Shown here: piece by piece, positions 49,580-59,297 of the stretch
How positions within the stretch are numbered: position 1 is the first letter of the stretch
How the letters are laid out: each line of letters starts with the position of its first letter
Source: Rubripirellula sp.
GTDB taxonomy: Bacteria; Planctomycetota; Planctomycetia; Pirellulales; Pirellulaceae
Reading direction: 5' to 3'
Length of the DNA: 64,000 nucleotides
NCBI GenBank assembly: GCA_965216875.1
Contig: OZ244207.1
Span: forward strand, 8,064,001-8,128,000
The notes under the pieces: model-generated
The model's database searches: none
What the model saw: the letters and a program-made list of their open reading frames with translations, nothing else
Told to the model about the DNA's origin: nothing
Position numbers and translations under genes: made by a program

Positions 49580-50530
49580 CTACGGAAAGACGTCTTTTGA
49601 ATTCGGATGGAAATTCGACCATGCGATCTCGAAAGACATGATGCCAACTCGTTGCTCCAGTAGTTTGCCTTTGAGCGGGCCCGATAGGGCTTGACCGGTT
49701 TTCAGGTTCCAGGTGCTTTCCGTTTCAGCGTCTTTCATCGTTTTCTCGTCGATTGCGGCAAACGTGAGGTGTTGCTCGTCAACCATTGGGTCAAAGAGGT
49801 GCGTCGCGGTAGCTTCGGCGTTGTAGGTTGCAAGTAGCTTTTCGCCCTCGACCTCAAAGTTGTGAACAGGATTGGCGGCGAGTTTGTCGAGTCGCAATGC
49901 GTACGCGTTTCCTTTAACGACAAAGCCAAAGACGAAATTCTTGAGGCTTCCATAAAAGTCGCTTCGGAATTCTCTGGCCGTACGGGACATGTCCAAAACG
50001 GTCGTGTTAGGAAACTCTTCTCGCCACGCTCCCCAAGTGACCATGTCGGTGATGAGCGGTTTAAGCGTCTTGCCTTTAAGTTCACCCTTCATCGCTTGCC
50101 CCAGCAGGTGAGCCCACTCGGTGTTGGTTTCCAAATCGCTCATCACAAGCGATCGCATCCAGAGTTTCCCCGACACGCGAAGGGTCAAGACTTGATCGTC
50201 GACTTTGCGGACGTACACGACGCCGTTGTGGCAAAGGTGTCACCAAGTTGCGGCAATGGCTGTTCCGCCCAATTCGTCGTTAATGATTTCGCGTCGAGGG
50301 CCGGTGAGTTGGTTGATCGGATAGGCTCTCGCCTGCCCGGCGATTTCAACCCCGAGAACCAATTCGTTATCCGAAAGGTTCGTCTCGGATGCTTTGACGA
50401 TCGGCGGGTCGGTGATCGCTCGAATCGGTTTTCGAAGCACCGTGTGAGGTTGGTAGTGTTCTACGGACTGGGCTGATAACGTTGATGCCCACAGCGCTAC
50501 AGCGATGACGCTAGGCAGGTTTCGAAGCAT
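49580..50530 (-). CDS. DUF3179 domain protein, probable selenoprotein (in-frame TGA at 50242-50240, UxxC)
   Basis: ORFs 50240..50530 and 49580..50218 are in frame and read ...ARAYP...EIINDELGGTAIAATW*HLCHNGVVY...VSGKL...LVMSD..T.TEW. Signal peptide at start. Confidence 0.82.
50203..50236 (-). promoter_or_regulatory. Putative bacterial SECIS hairpin
   Basis: UGA-CAC-CUUUGC-CACAAC-GGCGU-[CGUGU]-ACGUC-C-GCAAAG: 6-bp lower stem, 5-bp upper stem, loop 20 nt from UGA. Confidence 0.6.
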
Positions 50531-51323
50531 GAGAAGTTCCGATGCGATAGAGGCCCAGAACGCCAAGCACGATGACGTTTTGCAAGACCGCATAGTCTAT
50601 CACCAGTTCCCGACACAGTTGAGAGTCAACGCTGGTTGCCCATGCGATGATATGTGGCGCAGCCAACACGAGGCAAGCCGATGCAGCAGTCAGCGCGTAC
50701 AGCTTGGCGACCAATCCCACTTCCGTTGATTCGCGAAACAGAAACCAAGTCACCAGTGCGGTGAGCGTCGCGCTTGATACGGCGGTGAGTGCGAGGGCGA
50801 TGAAGTAGATCGATTGAAACGCGGCGGCGGACCAGCCCCAACCGACTTGTCCGACTCGAATGAAGGTGAAACCAATGGCGAAAGTCGCTGTCCAAACCAT
50901 GAGTGTTCGCAACCCAAAGGTGAACGACGAGTGAACTCGCTGCGAACGCCAGAAGAGTTGGTGTTGTCCGATCAGCAAGACGATCCCAAAGGTTTGGACG
51001 AAGATCGCAGCGGCCCATACCGACGAAGCCGGATCACCAAAACCCCACGGCAAGATTTGGCTGATCACCGTCCAGGCCGACACGCATCCAGTGATCGCGA
51101 CGAGGCAGCGCAACGACACATCCCAGGTTCGTTGTGTAGCCGCCCAGATGGCAGCAAGCGAGCTGTGGGAAAGTGGTACCGAGACAGCTAGCCAAGATTG
51201 ATCTTCGGACAACAAGCCGGTCGACGAGATAATCAAGATGGCTTCAACGACGATGTAGGCGACCAGAATCGTCGGCAACATCGGGATTGCATGTTTGCCG
51301 CGGCTGGCGACTTGGCCTGTCAT
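50511..51323 (-). CDS. Hypothetical multi-pass membrane protein
   Basis: About 8 hydrophobic segments; overlaps both neighbours. Confidence 0.7.
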   Translation of the reverse strand: MTGQVASRGKHAIPMLPTILVAYIVVEAILIISSTGLLSEDQSWLAVSVPLSHSSLAAIWAATQRTWDVSLRCLVAITGCVSAWTVISQILPWGFGDPASSVWAAAIFVQTFGIVLLIGQHQLFWRSQRVHSSFTFGLRTLMVWTATFAIGFTFIRVGQVGWGWSAAAFQSIYFIALALTAVSSATLTALVTWFLFRESTEVGLVAKLYALTAASACLVLAAPHIIAWATSVDSQLCRELVIDYAVLQNVIVLGVLGLYRIGTSHASKPA

Positions 51324-53632
51324 TGGGCTTGTAGAAGCATCTGCTCAAGCATTGCCTCTTCCGCCGACATGTCGTCGTTTTCGGGCGTCAATTCCTCGAT
51401 CTTGATCGCAGCCTTTTGCGCTGCAAGCGTGTCAGGGAATTGTTCGACGATTCGTTGGTATTGCTTGATGGCGTTTTCCTCGCCTCGTTTGTCGGCGGCG
51501 CGCCGTCGGATAGCGTCCGCCTGCTTTAACATGCGTCCAGCTTGGACCTCCGCCGCTGCAAACTCGCGTCGAACCGAGGTGAGAAAACTGTCGTTGCCAA
51601 AGGCGGCGTCGAGTTTGTCGCTCGCTTCGCGTCTTGCTCGAGCGTCTTTGTGGACCGTGGCATCCCGCAGTTCGGCCAACAGTTGTCGGGCGATCGTCTC
51701 TCGTTTGGCTCTCGCCTGTTGGCCGACACCGACACCATCGAAATTCTCGGCAACCTTGCGAAGGTTGATCGAGGCAGCGACAACGTCGCCTGATTCATAC
51801 ATCTGCTCCGCTTCGGCAAGAACCTTTTCGTTGATGCGTTTTTTGATGTCGCGGGCATGGAGGTTCGCCTGCGTGTGTGGGTACATCAGGTCGAGCCGGT
51901 CGAGCGTACTGATCGCCGCGACGAGATCGTCTTTGTCAACAAAACTCTCCGCCTGTTCAAGCAACGGTTCGGCGAGCGGTTCGAGTGCGCGTTGGGTGAG
52001 TTCGCTGCGCGGAGCATTGCTTTGGAGTGCTTTGGCGAGTTTCCTGTATTCCGCATCTCGCTCTGGCGGATCGAGCCCTTCGAGAGCGGCAACATAATCG
52101 TCGAAGCAAACTCGTTGAATAGCGTCGGTAGCGTTTCCGTTTCGGTCATGATTGGTTAGTTCGATCAACGTGTCGCGGGCACCGGCCAAGTCACCGCGGC
52201 CTAGTTGCTTGCTGATGCGATCTGAAAGGAGTTGGCCAAGAGTATGGAGCGCCTTTTGCCCCGCTTCGGTTTGGTCGTGAAGTTCGACAACGTCTTTTAA
52301 AAGTTCCGTCGCGGCCTCTGTCCCGCCACGCTCGAGGATGGCCATCGCGGTATCAAGCAATTCTCCCGCTTCGGCCGCATCTTGGAATTGTGCAAAGTGA
52401 TATTCACCGCCGGTCATGTCGGCGATCTTCTGCATGTTCTTGCAGCTTCGTGGGTCTTCGAATGCAATCGCGTGGATCGGCATCTTATCCTTAGCCATTT
52501 CGACAATCGAAAAGGTGTCGGTGTTGCCTCCGAGTACGTTGGGTTGTTTGCGTTTGCGACCTTGCTTTTGTTCGTCAAACTCACCATCGGAGAGAATGAA
52601 GATTGCACTCGGGTCCATTTTGATTGCAGTGCGCAGCGATGAACGCGGGTCCGTACTTCCGCCAGCATGCTTTTTGGCCAGCCAAGCCGATAGTCGTTCC
52701 TTGTTCTCTTTGGTCGCTGCGATTGGTTGAGGACGCACGGAATCGCCGTCAAACATTTGTGTCGCATTGCCGTTGAACAACAGCACGTAGAAGTTCTGTG
52801 TGTCGTCGAGTTCGCCGACCGAGCGAATCAGTTCAGAGGATGCGCGAAGAAAACGCCGTCCTTCCATGCTGCCGGACATGTCCAAGATGTAAACGAACTC
52901 ATGCCCTACCGCATCGATGCCGAAAAAGGACCCACGTGCGCCACCGCCAGCGTTCTGATTCTTGTTGGCCTCTTCGCCGTTGGCTGCTCCATTGCCCGCA
53001 CCTTGGACGTTCGGAACGACTGGGATTAATTGCGGATTAGGATCGGGCTTGGGGGGATCCGGTGGCTTCGCTTCTTCGTCCTCAGGTTCTTTCGTGTCGG
53101 GAGCCTGAGTTGGCGCGACTTCCTTTGCAAACTTGATCGTGTCCTCGAGCTGTGGTTGTTCCTTGTCTGCCAAAGACATGAGCAACGTAAGCGTGTTCGC
53201 TCCGCCAAGGTCGGCAGGGGCGAGAACAAAGAACAGCAGTAGGAGAAGCAGTCCGTGTACTGCGACAGAGGCACCCCAACCGGTCGATTGTTGGTGGCTG
53301 TGATGTTCGGCGTCGTGGAGATGGATTCCCAAGACATCATTCACAGCCTGCGGAGCTGCGTTTGGGGAATCAGCGATGGGAGGGGCAGTTGTATGGACCG
53401 CATCGTCTCCGTCGACGCGGTACTGCAAAGGGACCGGTGGCGGAGAGGAAGGATCGGGCGGCGGGTTTGACCGCTTCACCTTTTCCGTTGACGGAACTGG
53501 CCCGTCTTTTGGCCCGTCGGTTGGTTGAGCTGGCCCGTTCGATTGCGGACCGGTGGCGCCACGCCATCGCTGGGGTTTTTGAGAATCCGTCTTATCCACA
53601 ACCACTGCCTCGTCGATCATCGTCGAGGACAC
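51320..53632 (-). CDS. Membrane-anchored vWA domain protein with helical/TPR-like C-terminus
   Basis: TM ASVAVHGLLLLLL; Pro-rich linker; SFFGI...FVYILDMSGSM (MIDAS), GGST, IFILSDG. Confidence 0.8.
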   Translation of the reverse strand: MSSTMIDEAVVVDKTDSQKPQRWRGATGPQSNGPAQPTDGPKDGPVPSTEKVKRSNPPPDPSSPPPVPLQYRVDGDDAVHTTAPPIADSPNAAPQAVNDVLGIHLHDAEHHSHQQSTGWGASVAVHGLLLLLLFFVLAPADLGGANTLTLLMSLADKEQPQLEDTIKFAKEVAPTQAPDTKEPEDEEAKPPDPPKPDPNPQLIPVVPNVQGAGNGAANGEEANKNQNAGGGARGSFFGIDAVGHEFVYILDMSGSMEGRRFLRASSELIRSVGELDDTQNFYVLLFNGNATQMFDGDSVRPQPIAATKENKERLSAWLAKKHAGGSTDPRSSLRTAIKMDPSAIFILSDGEFDEQKQGRKRKQPNVLGGNTDTFSIVEMAKDKMPIHAIAFEDPRSCKNMQKIADMTGGEYHFAQFQDAAEAGELLDTAMAILERGGTEAATELLKDVVELHDQTEAGQKALHTLGQLLSDRISKQLGRGDLAGARDTLIELTNHDRNGNATDAIQRVCFDDYVAALEGLDPPERDAEYRKLAKALQSNAPRSELTQRALEPLAEPLLEQAESFVDKDDLVAAISTLDRLDLMYPHTQANLHARDIKKRINEKVLAEAEQMYESGDVVAASINLRKVAENFDGVGVGQQARAKRETIARQLLAELRDATVHKDARARREASDKLDAAFGNDSFLTSVRREFAAAEVQAGRMLKQADAIRRRAADKRGEENAIKQYQRIVEQFPDTLAAQKAAIKIEELTPENDDMSAEEAMLEQMLLQAQ

Positions 53633-53974
53633 GCTACGGACAAAGTAACGTGTCGCGTTGAAGTTGCAATTGGGAGGCTACCGAGCGGTTTTGGCAGGGA
53701 AAAGTAAATGAAAAGATCGCCGCACCAGCTGGGATCACTTCAAGGTCGCAAATGCGGAAACGGAAGTCAAGCGAAATGGTCTTTTTCGCTCGTTTGATGC
53801 ATGTTCCGCTCGCCGCCCGGTCTCAGCAGGATGCAGGCAAGGATGCGGCGATGGCTTAGGTGCGAATTGGGCGTGACAGCGTGTCACGGCAAGCATCGTC
53901 GTCGACGTCAGCCGCGGTTGGCGATATCAACCGCGGCTGGCGCCAAGCGACTAAGGGAGGCGGGTGTGCTGAGG

Positions 53975-54388
53975 CTAGGCAGCAAACAGGCGACGACGGA
54001 GGGCACCGAGTGTGGCGTTTTCCGAGCGGCCATAGCGAATGTGTTTGCCGGCTTTCTCGACGGCCTGTTCAAATTGCGCGACGCCCAAGAAGACGACGGC
54101 GGGGTGTTTCAATTCGGCTTCTTCGCTGATCCGCTCGAGCAGCTTACGACCAGCAGAATTGACTCCATGGACCTTGCACAGTTCGTGCAGCATGCCTTGC
54201 GGCGTGTTCACGATCGGCGGTGGTCGGTCAACAATTTTGTAGATCACAACGCCGATGGCGACCAACGCGACTGGGATCAACAAATACCACAGTCCGGATG
54301 CTCCGCCGGTCGCAACATCCTCGCGGTATTGCATGCTGACTTCGGCCATGTGAGTTTCGGCCAGCAGGTTGCAAAGGTTTCCGATCAT
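53975..54388 (-). CDS. Small hypothetical membrane protein
   Basis: Single TM; follows the HEAT gene after 20 bp. Confidence 0.65.
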   Translation of the reverse strand: MIGNLCNLLAETHMAEVSMQYREDVATGGASGLWYLLIPVALVAIGVVIYKIVDRPPPIVNTPQGMLHELCKVHGVNSAGRKLLERISEEAELKHPAVVFLGVAQFEQAVEKAGKHIRYGRSENATLGALRRRLFAA

Positions 54389-54408
54389 GATTTTGCTTCC
54401 AGGTTGAC

Positions 54409-55989
54409 TTAGCTGGCCGATGAACTTTCGCGAGCTTCAAGCGCTGCGACCGCTGCATCGCGAACGGGGCTCTCAGGTAGCTCAACCATCTCACGGAGAA
54501 GTTCGAGCGTTTCGTCGCTGGTAGCGCTCGACATCGCTTCGGCTGCTCGCATGCGGGCCTCCTGATGATCTTCGCGCGAGATGTGCTTGAAGGAGTCTGA
54601 AAGCAGGTCAACGACGGCAAAGGCGTCGGCGGTTGCGATCGCAGCAAGGCGATTGTTCAGCACGGGATGACGCAACGCGTCTCGCACACGATCGATTGCG
54701 TCGGGATCTATGTTCATGACGATCCGACCCAGCTTGCGACGAGTGCGTGGCCGCAACGTATCGAACTTATGCAACATCTCTTCGGTGTGCAAAGGTCCGA
54801 GGATCTTGCGGACGCCCTTGACCACACTTGGTTCAGGGTGATCAAGTAAATCGATGAGACGCTGCAATAACCGAGCGTTGTCGTTCTCGGCGATCGCTTC
54901 CTGATTACCGTCTGCGACAGGCACCGCGGCTCGCATCCAGATTTTGACGTCGGGAACATCCGATCGCGAAAAGCAAAGGGCTGCTGTCGAATCACATCCG
55001 GGGCCACCGCATTCGACGGCAGTGCAAATGGTGTGCAGGTTATCAAGCGGCTCGGTTGCCGTGGCCGTTGAAATGTGCGCGAGAGCCGCACGGTATTCAG
55101 GAGGCAGTTCTCTCATCAGTGTCTCGCCGCCACGGCAACAAACGGGCATTCCGATGTCGCCAAGATTGCGAAGCGCTGTGCCGGTCGGCTCGTTGCCGAC
55201 ATTTCGCAGCAGCGAATCGCGAAACTCCTCGCCGTCGCGGTTTTGGATGATTCTTGCGATCGATTCAGGAAGGTTGCGGCGACGAACAAAGCCGGCAAGC
55301 AAGTCATTGATGCCGACGTGTTTACTTTCGCTCAGTCGCTTGCAAATCAATTCGAGTTGCGGCGATCGTTCCCCCATCAGATTGCGGAAATCGGCATCGC
55401 CCCAGGTGACGATCAACAAGAACGCATCAATGAGTTTTTCGTTGCGGTGCATCGAGAACCGACGCACTGAATCGGCAAGACGGGCCAAGACGGGTCCGCG
55501 GACCGTCTGTTGGTCGCGGTCTCGGCGCGCTTCGCGTCCAAGTGGTGTGACCATGTCGATCACGCAGTCCGACGCAAAGGACCGAGTCACTCGCGATGCG
55601 CTCGATTCGGCGAGCATAACGATTTGCGGGATGACCGCCGTCAATCCAAGCGCCTTGGCTGCCTCAATCGCACGCGAGACATCGTCGCCCCCCTTTTCCA
55701 GGGCGGCAGCGATCGCCGGTTCCATCCAATTCTTTTTCTGCTGCAAAACACGCAAGTCATCAGCCTGCAGCAGGTCCCAGTTTTCGAGGACGAGTTCGCT
55801 CGATCGCTGTTCATTGCGCGACAGCATCGCTGACAGAGCCCGGCGGCGGACCGCCGGATCATCATCCGAAAACGCGGCAAGCAACACATCAATCGCAGCT
55901 TCGTTGCGAGTGTTGGCAAGCGTTTCGTAAGTCAGTGAAAGACCGTGCATCGTGCTTTGCTGGTGCATTAGTGGATTGGGGCAGGTCAC
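54409..55989 (-). CDS. HEAT-repeat protein
   Basis: DDDPAVRRRALSAM, LLDHPEPSVV, EARMRAAEAM, SPVRDAAVAAL. Confidence 0.75.
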   Translation of the reverse strand: MTCPNPLMHQQSTMHGLSLTYETLANTRNEAAIDVLLAAFSDDDPAVRRRALSAMLSRNEQRSSELVLENWDLLQADDLRVLQQKKNWMEPAIAAALEKGGDDVSRAIEAAKALGLTAVIPQIVMLAESSASRVTRSFASDCVIDMVTPLGREARRDRDQQTVRGPVLARLADSVRRFSMHRNEKLIDAFLLIVTWGDADFRNLMGERSPQLELICKRLSESKHVGINDLLAGFVRRRNLPESIARIIQNRDGEEFRDSLLRNVGNEPTGTALRNLGDIGMPVCCRGGETLMRELPPEYRAALAHISTATATEPLDNLHTICTAVECGGPGCDSTAALCFSRSDVPDVKIWMRAAVPVADGNQEAIAENDNARLLQRLIDLLDHPEPSVVKGVRKILGPLHTEEMLHKFDTLRPRTRRKLGRIVMNIDPDAIDRVRDALRHPVLNNRLAAIATADAFAVVDLLSDSFKHISREDHQEARMRAAEAMSSATSDETLELLREMVELPESPVRDAAVAALEARESSSAS

Positions 55990-56171
55990 GAATCGTCGAA
56001 TTGAATGGACGAAACGGACAGGCCTTCAATCAAGGATTCGTTCAGCAAACCGTAGCTTTCCCAGCGAGCACATCACGATTTGATCCAGCCATTCGACGAG
56101 GCATTTCCTGAGTCAATGGTGGCTTAATCCAACCAACCGTTACCACTGAACTACGGTTTCCCCCACCTCGC

Positions 56172-56770
56172 GGGGACAGAGCACCAACCTCCGCAACCAT
56201 CCTCTCCATTCCACAGGGACAGAGCACTACCCGCAGAATCCGCGCGCATTCCACGGGGACAGCGCATTCCACGGGGACAGAGCACCAATCGGAGTCCATC
56301 CACGGGGACAGAGCACCAATCGAGCCACCGGAGTCCATCCACGGGGACAGAGCACCAATCGAGCCACCTGTTCGAGATTTAGTAGACCCACCATGGACAA
56401 TCGACAAAAAATGGGGGCATTCCGATATGGGGACCGACTGGTGGCCTGTCCCCAAGGAGTGTGGCCCTGTCCCCAAGGAGTGTGGCTCTGTCCCCAAGGA
56501 GTTTGGCTCTGTCCCCAAGGAGTTTGGCTGACTCACCGGACTGAGCACCGGGCGAACCGCAGATTGACACTGATAGACACAGATAACAACGCGCTGAATG
56601 CGTTCGCTGGCGTTCATCTGCGGTTTCCTAGCCTCCACATAAGATTCCGGCGACACAAAAGATTTCGAGATTGCGTTTCCATAACACAGCGAGAAAACCT
56701 GGGCGAGAGGCCTGGCAAGAGGCCTAGGGACAGAGCACGAGGCCTGGCAAGAGGCCTAGGGACAGAGCAC
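56172..56770. repeat. Left GGGGACAGAGCAC repeat field
   Basis: Plus-strand copies at 56172, 56215, 56255, 56273, 56304, 56343, 56726, 56758; four ~21-bp minus-strand tandem units at 56441-56523. Confidence 0.9.
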
Positions 56771-56926
56771 GAACGATGTTTTAGCCACGGCAAGCGTTGC
56801 AATTGAAACTGACGAATGGCTCTGGGCGTGGCTCCAAACGCATGGTCCACGTTTGCGCTCTTTTTCATGCACGTGGCGCGCATCGATAGCGGTCGGATGC
56901 AGTTAGCCGACAAGGAGAAGGTGCAG

Positions 56927-57991
56927 CTATGCCGCTTGTTGAGATGGCAAGAGACGCCTTGCCGATGGCGTCAATCGAAAACGGCGACCGGTTTCGTTGC
57001 CTCGCATGCAGTCGACTCGATCGCAACGGCCAGCGACGATGCGGAACGTTTTGCTGAAAGTTTGCACCAGTTCGAGCCAACTACCCGATTCGATTCCGAG
57101 CCGCTGAAGAATTGGTGGTATCGACGTTGGCGTTCTACCGGGTTTGTCTTCGACCACCTGGCGAGCGGTCCAATCGAGCAATTCGATGTAGCTTGCCAGA
57201 TCGATCGCAAGGAACCCTTTGTCACTGCATCTCGAATCGGCTTGGCTTGGAACCGGGCCGGTTTCGCCCGAACGCTCGTCGAGCGTTAACGGTGCGAGGA
57301 AGTCTGCAAGCTGTTTACGTCTTGTTTCAGCGGGTAGTGTTGTCTGCTTGAGTTCCGCGTTGATCCGGCGTTGAATGGACGTGTGGTCACTTGCCTCGAG
57401 CGTTTCGGCGATCGCGGCACGAATCGGATTCAGCTCAACATACGCGGCGCAGGCGAGCAGTGACTCTTCATCGACGATGCGGATTGCTTTGAAACGATCT
57501 TGCCAAAACCGACCAGTCTCCTCTTCCTCACGATTGGCTCGCTGTGCGACACGCTGATTGAGCAGACGCATCCACCACGAGATGTCGGAAAGCCGCTTGC
57601 GAATCTCGGCGAGTTTGACCGGGCATTTACGAATCATGTTCAATTCCGATTCGCTTGGTCGAGCCGGTTTCCCGTCGACGTTTCGATGAGGACAGATCAT
57701 CAGCCACCGACGGGCTACTTCGGTGTCGTCCCATGTAGCGACTGCGTCGGGTCGCGTCCTCAGGATGAGGTGATAGTGATTCGAGAGGATCGAAAAGCAA
57801 AGCAGGTCAATTCCAAAGTGTGCTGCAAAATGTTCCAGCAGTTCTTCGATCCACACTTTCCGGTGGTCAAAATTCTTGCCGCTCAGTTCATCTTGGCCAA
57901 AGAGAAAGCACCTACGAACGGTGCGATTGATGACGTGCGCGACGTTGATATCGCTGGGATCAAACACGTCACGGCGAGAAGACCTAGCCAT
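56927..57991 (-). mobile_element. HUH Y1 tyrosine transposase-like protein (RAYT/TnpA-REP type), intact ORF
   Basis: HVINRTVRRCFL, ILSNHYHLIL (HUH), GRFWQDRFK, AAYVELNPIRA (catalytic Tyr); flanked by short repeats rather than terminal inverted repeats. Confidence 0.88.
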
Positions 57992-58090
57992 CGAAGAGCC
58001 CCTAAGACAGACGTCGGCAACTGGAGCCGCGTCTTGAAGAGCCAGTTTGCAGAAGTCGATTCGATCGTTCTTCGATCTCGACAGGGTTTC

Positions 58091-58119
58091 ATTTGACGCC
58101 TGAACGAATCAAGTGTCAA
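58091..58119 (-). promoter_or_regulatory. Possible sigma70 promoter of the HUH gene
   Basis: TTGACA-17 bp-TCAAAT in an AT-rich patch about 100 bp upstream of the ATG; the -10 box is weak. Confidence 0.35.
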
Positions 58120-58436
58120 TAACATCATATAGAATGAGTGCTCTATCCCCGTTGTATTTCTCCCGTTGTATTTTGCGCCTTGTTGAAGGACGGGAGCTTG
58201 GGGACAGAGCACCAATACGAAGGCTCGGGAAGAGATGAAGGTTTTGCTGCTGCTCACATCATTATTCTCACCTGCTCTCTCCCCGTTGATTCGTGCTTGG
58301 TCTGTCCCCAGTGACTTACAACCAGGAGACTCCCTTTGTATCGGATGTCTTGAAGCCGGAAAGTGAGGCGGATAGTCTGAAATGGACGAGGCGATGCAGG
58401 CACAACCGCATCTTCAGGGCGGGGGCAATCAGGGAA

Positions 58437-59288
58437 ATGAAAACGATGACAGTTGTTCGTTATCTCGCGTTGGTTTTGATGATATCGTTGGGCGCATTGG
58501 GGGTTGCCGACGACTCTTCCGCTAAGCCGCAGGCTGAGGAGGACAATGCCTCCGATGCACTCCGCATTACGACGGCAGCGGCCGAGCTTTACGAGTTTGA
58601 GCTTCCTGGCGAGCCCTTGCGAAAGCTCAAGTTGCATCCTCGATCGATCCTCCGGTGGTCCAATCCGGTTGCTGGCGAAATCTATGGAAACGTGTTCGTT
58701 TGGACGCTGGACGGGCGGCCGACCGTTGTCGGTTCCATCTATCAGTGGTACTCGCCAATGACGCACGGTTCTCATGAGTTCCATTCTCTCACCACGGAAA
58801 CGCTTGAAGGGGAGAGAGAAGGGGCTGTCGTTTGGTCGACAAGCGAGCCTGGAATTGAGTGGCGATCGGTTCCGGACCAGCCAATGGTGGCCGATTCTCA
58901 AGCCACCCGAACTCGACAACTCAGGGCGTTGTCTCGACGATTTCAAGTACGGAAGACTGACCGCGAGGAGGAGACGCGTGAGTTGCGGTTGCTTACTCAG
59001 CCGCTCTTCCGCTACGGCGACCCTGATTCGGAAGTCATCGACGGTTCGCTTTATGCATTTGTCCAGGGCACCGACCCAGAGGTGCTCCTGTTGGTCGAAG
59101 CCATCAAGACGGCTGAAGGCGTCGAATGGCGATACGCCCTGGCACGCATGAACAGTGTGAAGTTCGTGGCTCGCTATCAAGGGCAAGAAGTGTGGCGAAA
59201 GGAACGTAGCGTATGGAAAGACGTCAAGAGCGGTCGCCAACCATACACGTCGTTCGGCCCATTCCGAGGCAATCTGGCAAACCGTTAA
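58437..59288 (+). CDS. Secreted hypothetical protein
   Basis: Signal peptide; ILRWSNP, VFVWT..GRP, LRLLTQPLFRY, DGSLYAFVQGTDPE. Start at ATG 58437. Confidence 0.75.
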   Translation: MKTMTVVRYLALVLMISLGALGVADDSSAKPQAEEDNASDALRITTAAAELYEFELPGEPLRKLKLHPRSILRWSNPVAGEIYGNVFVWTLDGRPTVVGSIYQWYSPMTHGSHEFHSLTTETLEGEREGAVVWSTSEPGIEWRSVPDQPMVADSQATRTRQLRALSRRFQVRKTDREEETRELRLLTQPLFRYGDPDSEVIDGSLYAFVQGTDPEVLLLVEAIKTAEGVEWRYALARMNSVKFVARYQGQEVWRKERSVWKDVKSGRQPYTSFGPFRGNLANR

Positions 59289-59297
59289 GTGGGCTCG

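Noticed and set aside
49580..50593. DUF3179 as a nonsense pseudogene or two separate genes
   Set aside because: The single stop is TGA exactly at the expected Cys of CxxC, with a downstream hairpin and no other lesions. Recoding is more parsimonious, though unproven.
56172..56368. CRISPR-like array of short repeats with variable spacers
   Set aside because: The repeat is only ~13-18 bp, the spacers are 6-30 bp and derived from one another, and there are no cas genes. Motif-anchored duplication explains it better.
56042..56806. ORFs 56042..56656 (-) and 56393..56806 (+) with repeated peptides
   Set aside because: The peptide repeats are translations of the DNA repeat field, with no protein-family signal. 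The same applies to the ORFs at 59333-59934 and 6502-7111.
56927..57991. Classical IS with terminal inverted repeats, or IS605 with tnpB
   Set aside because: No DDE motif, no tnpB, and no terminal inverted repeats or target-site duplication were visible.
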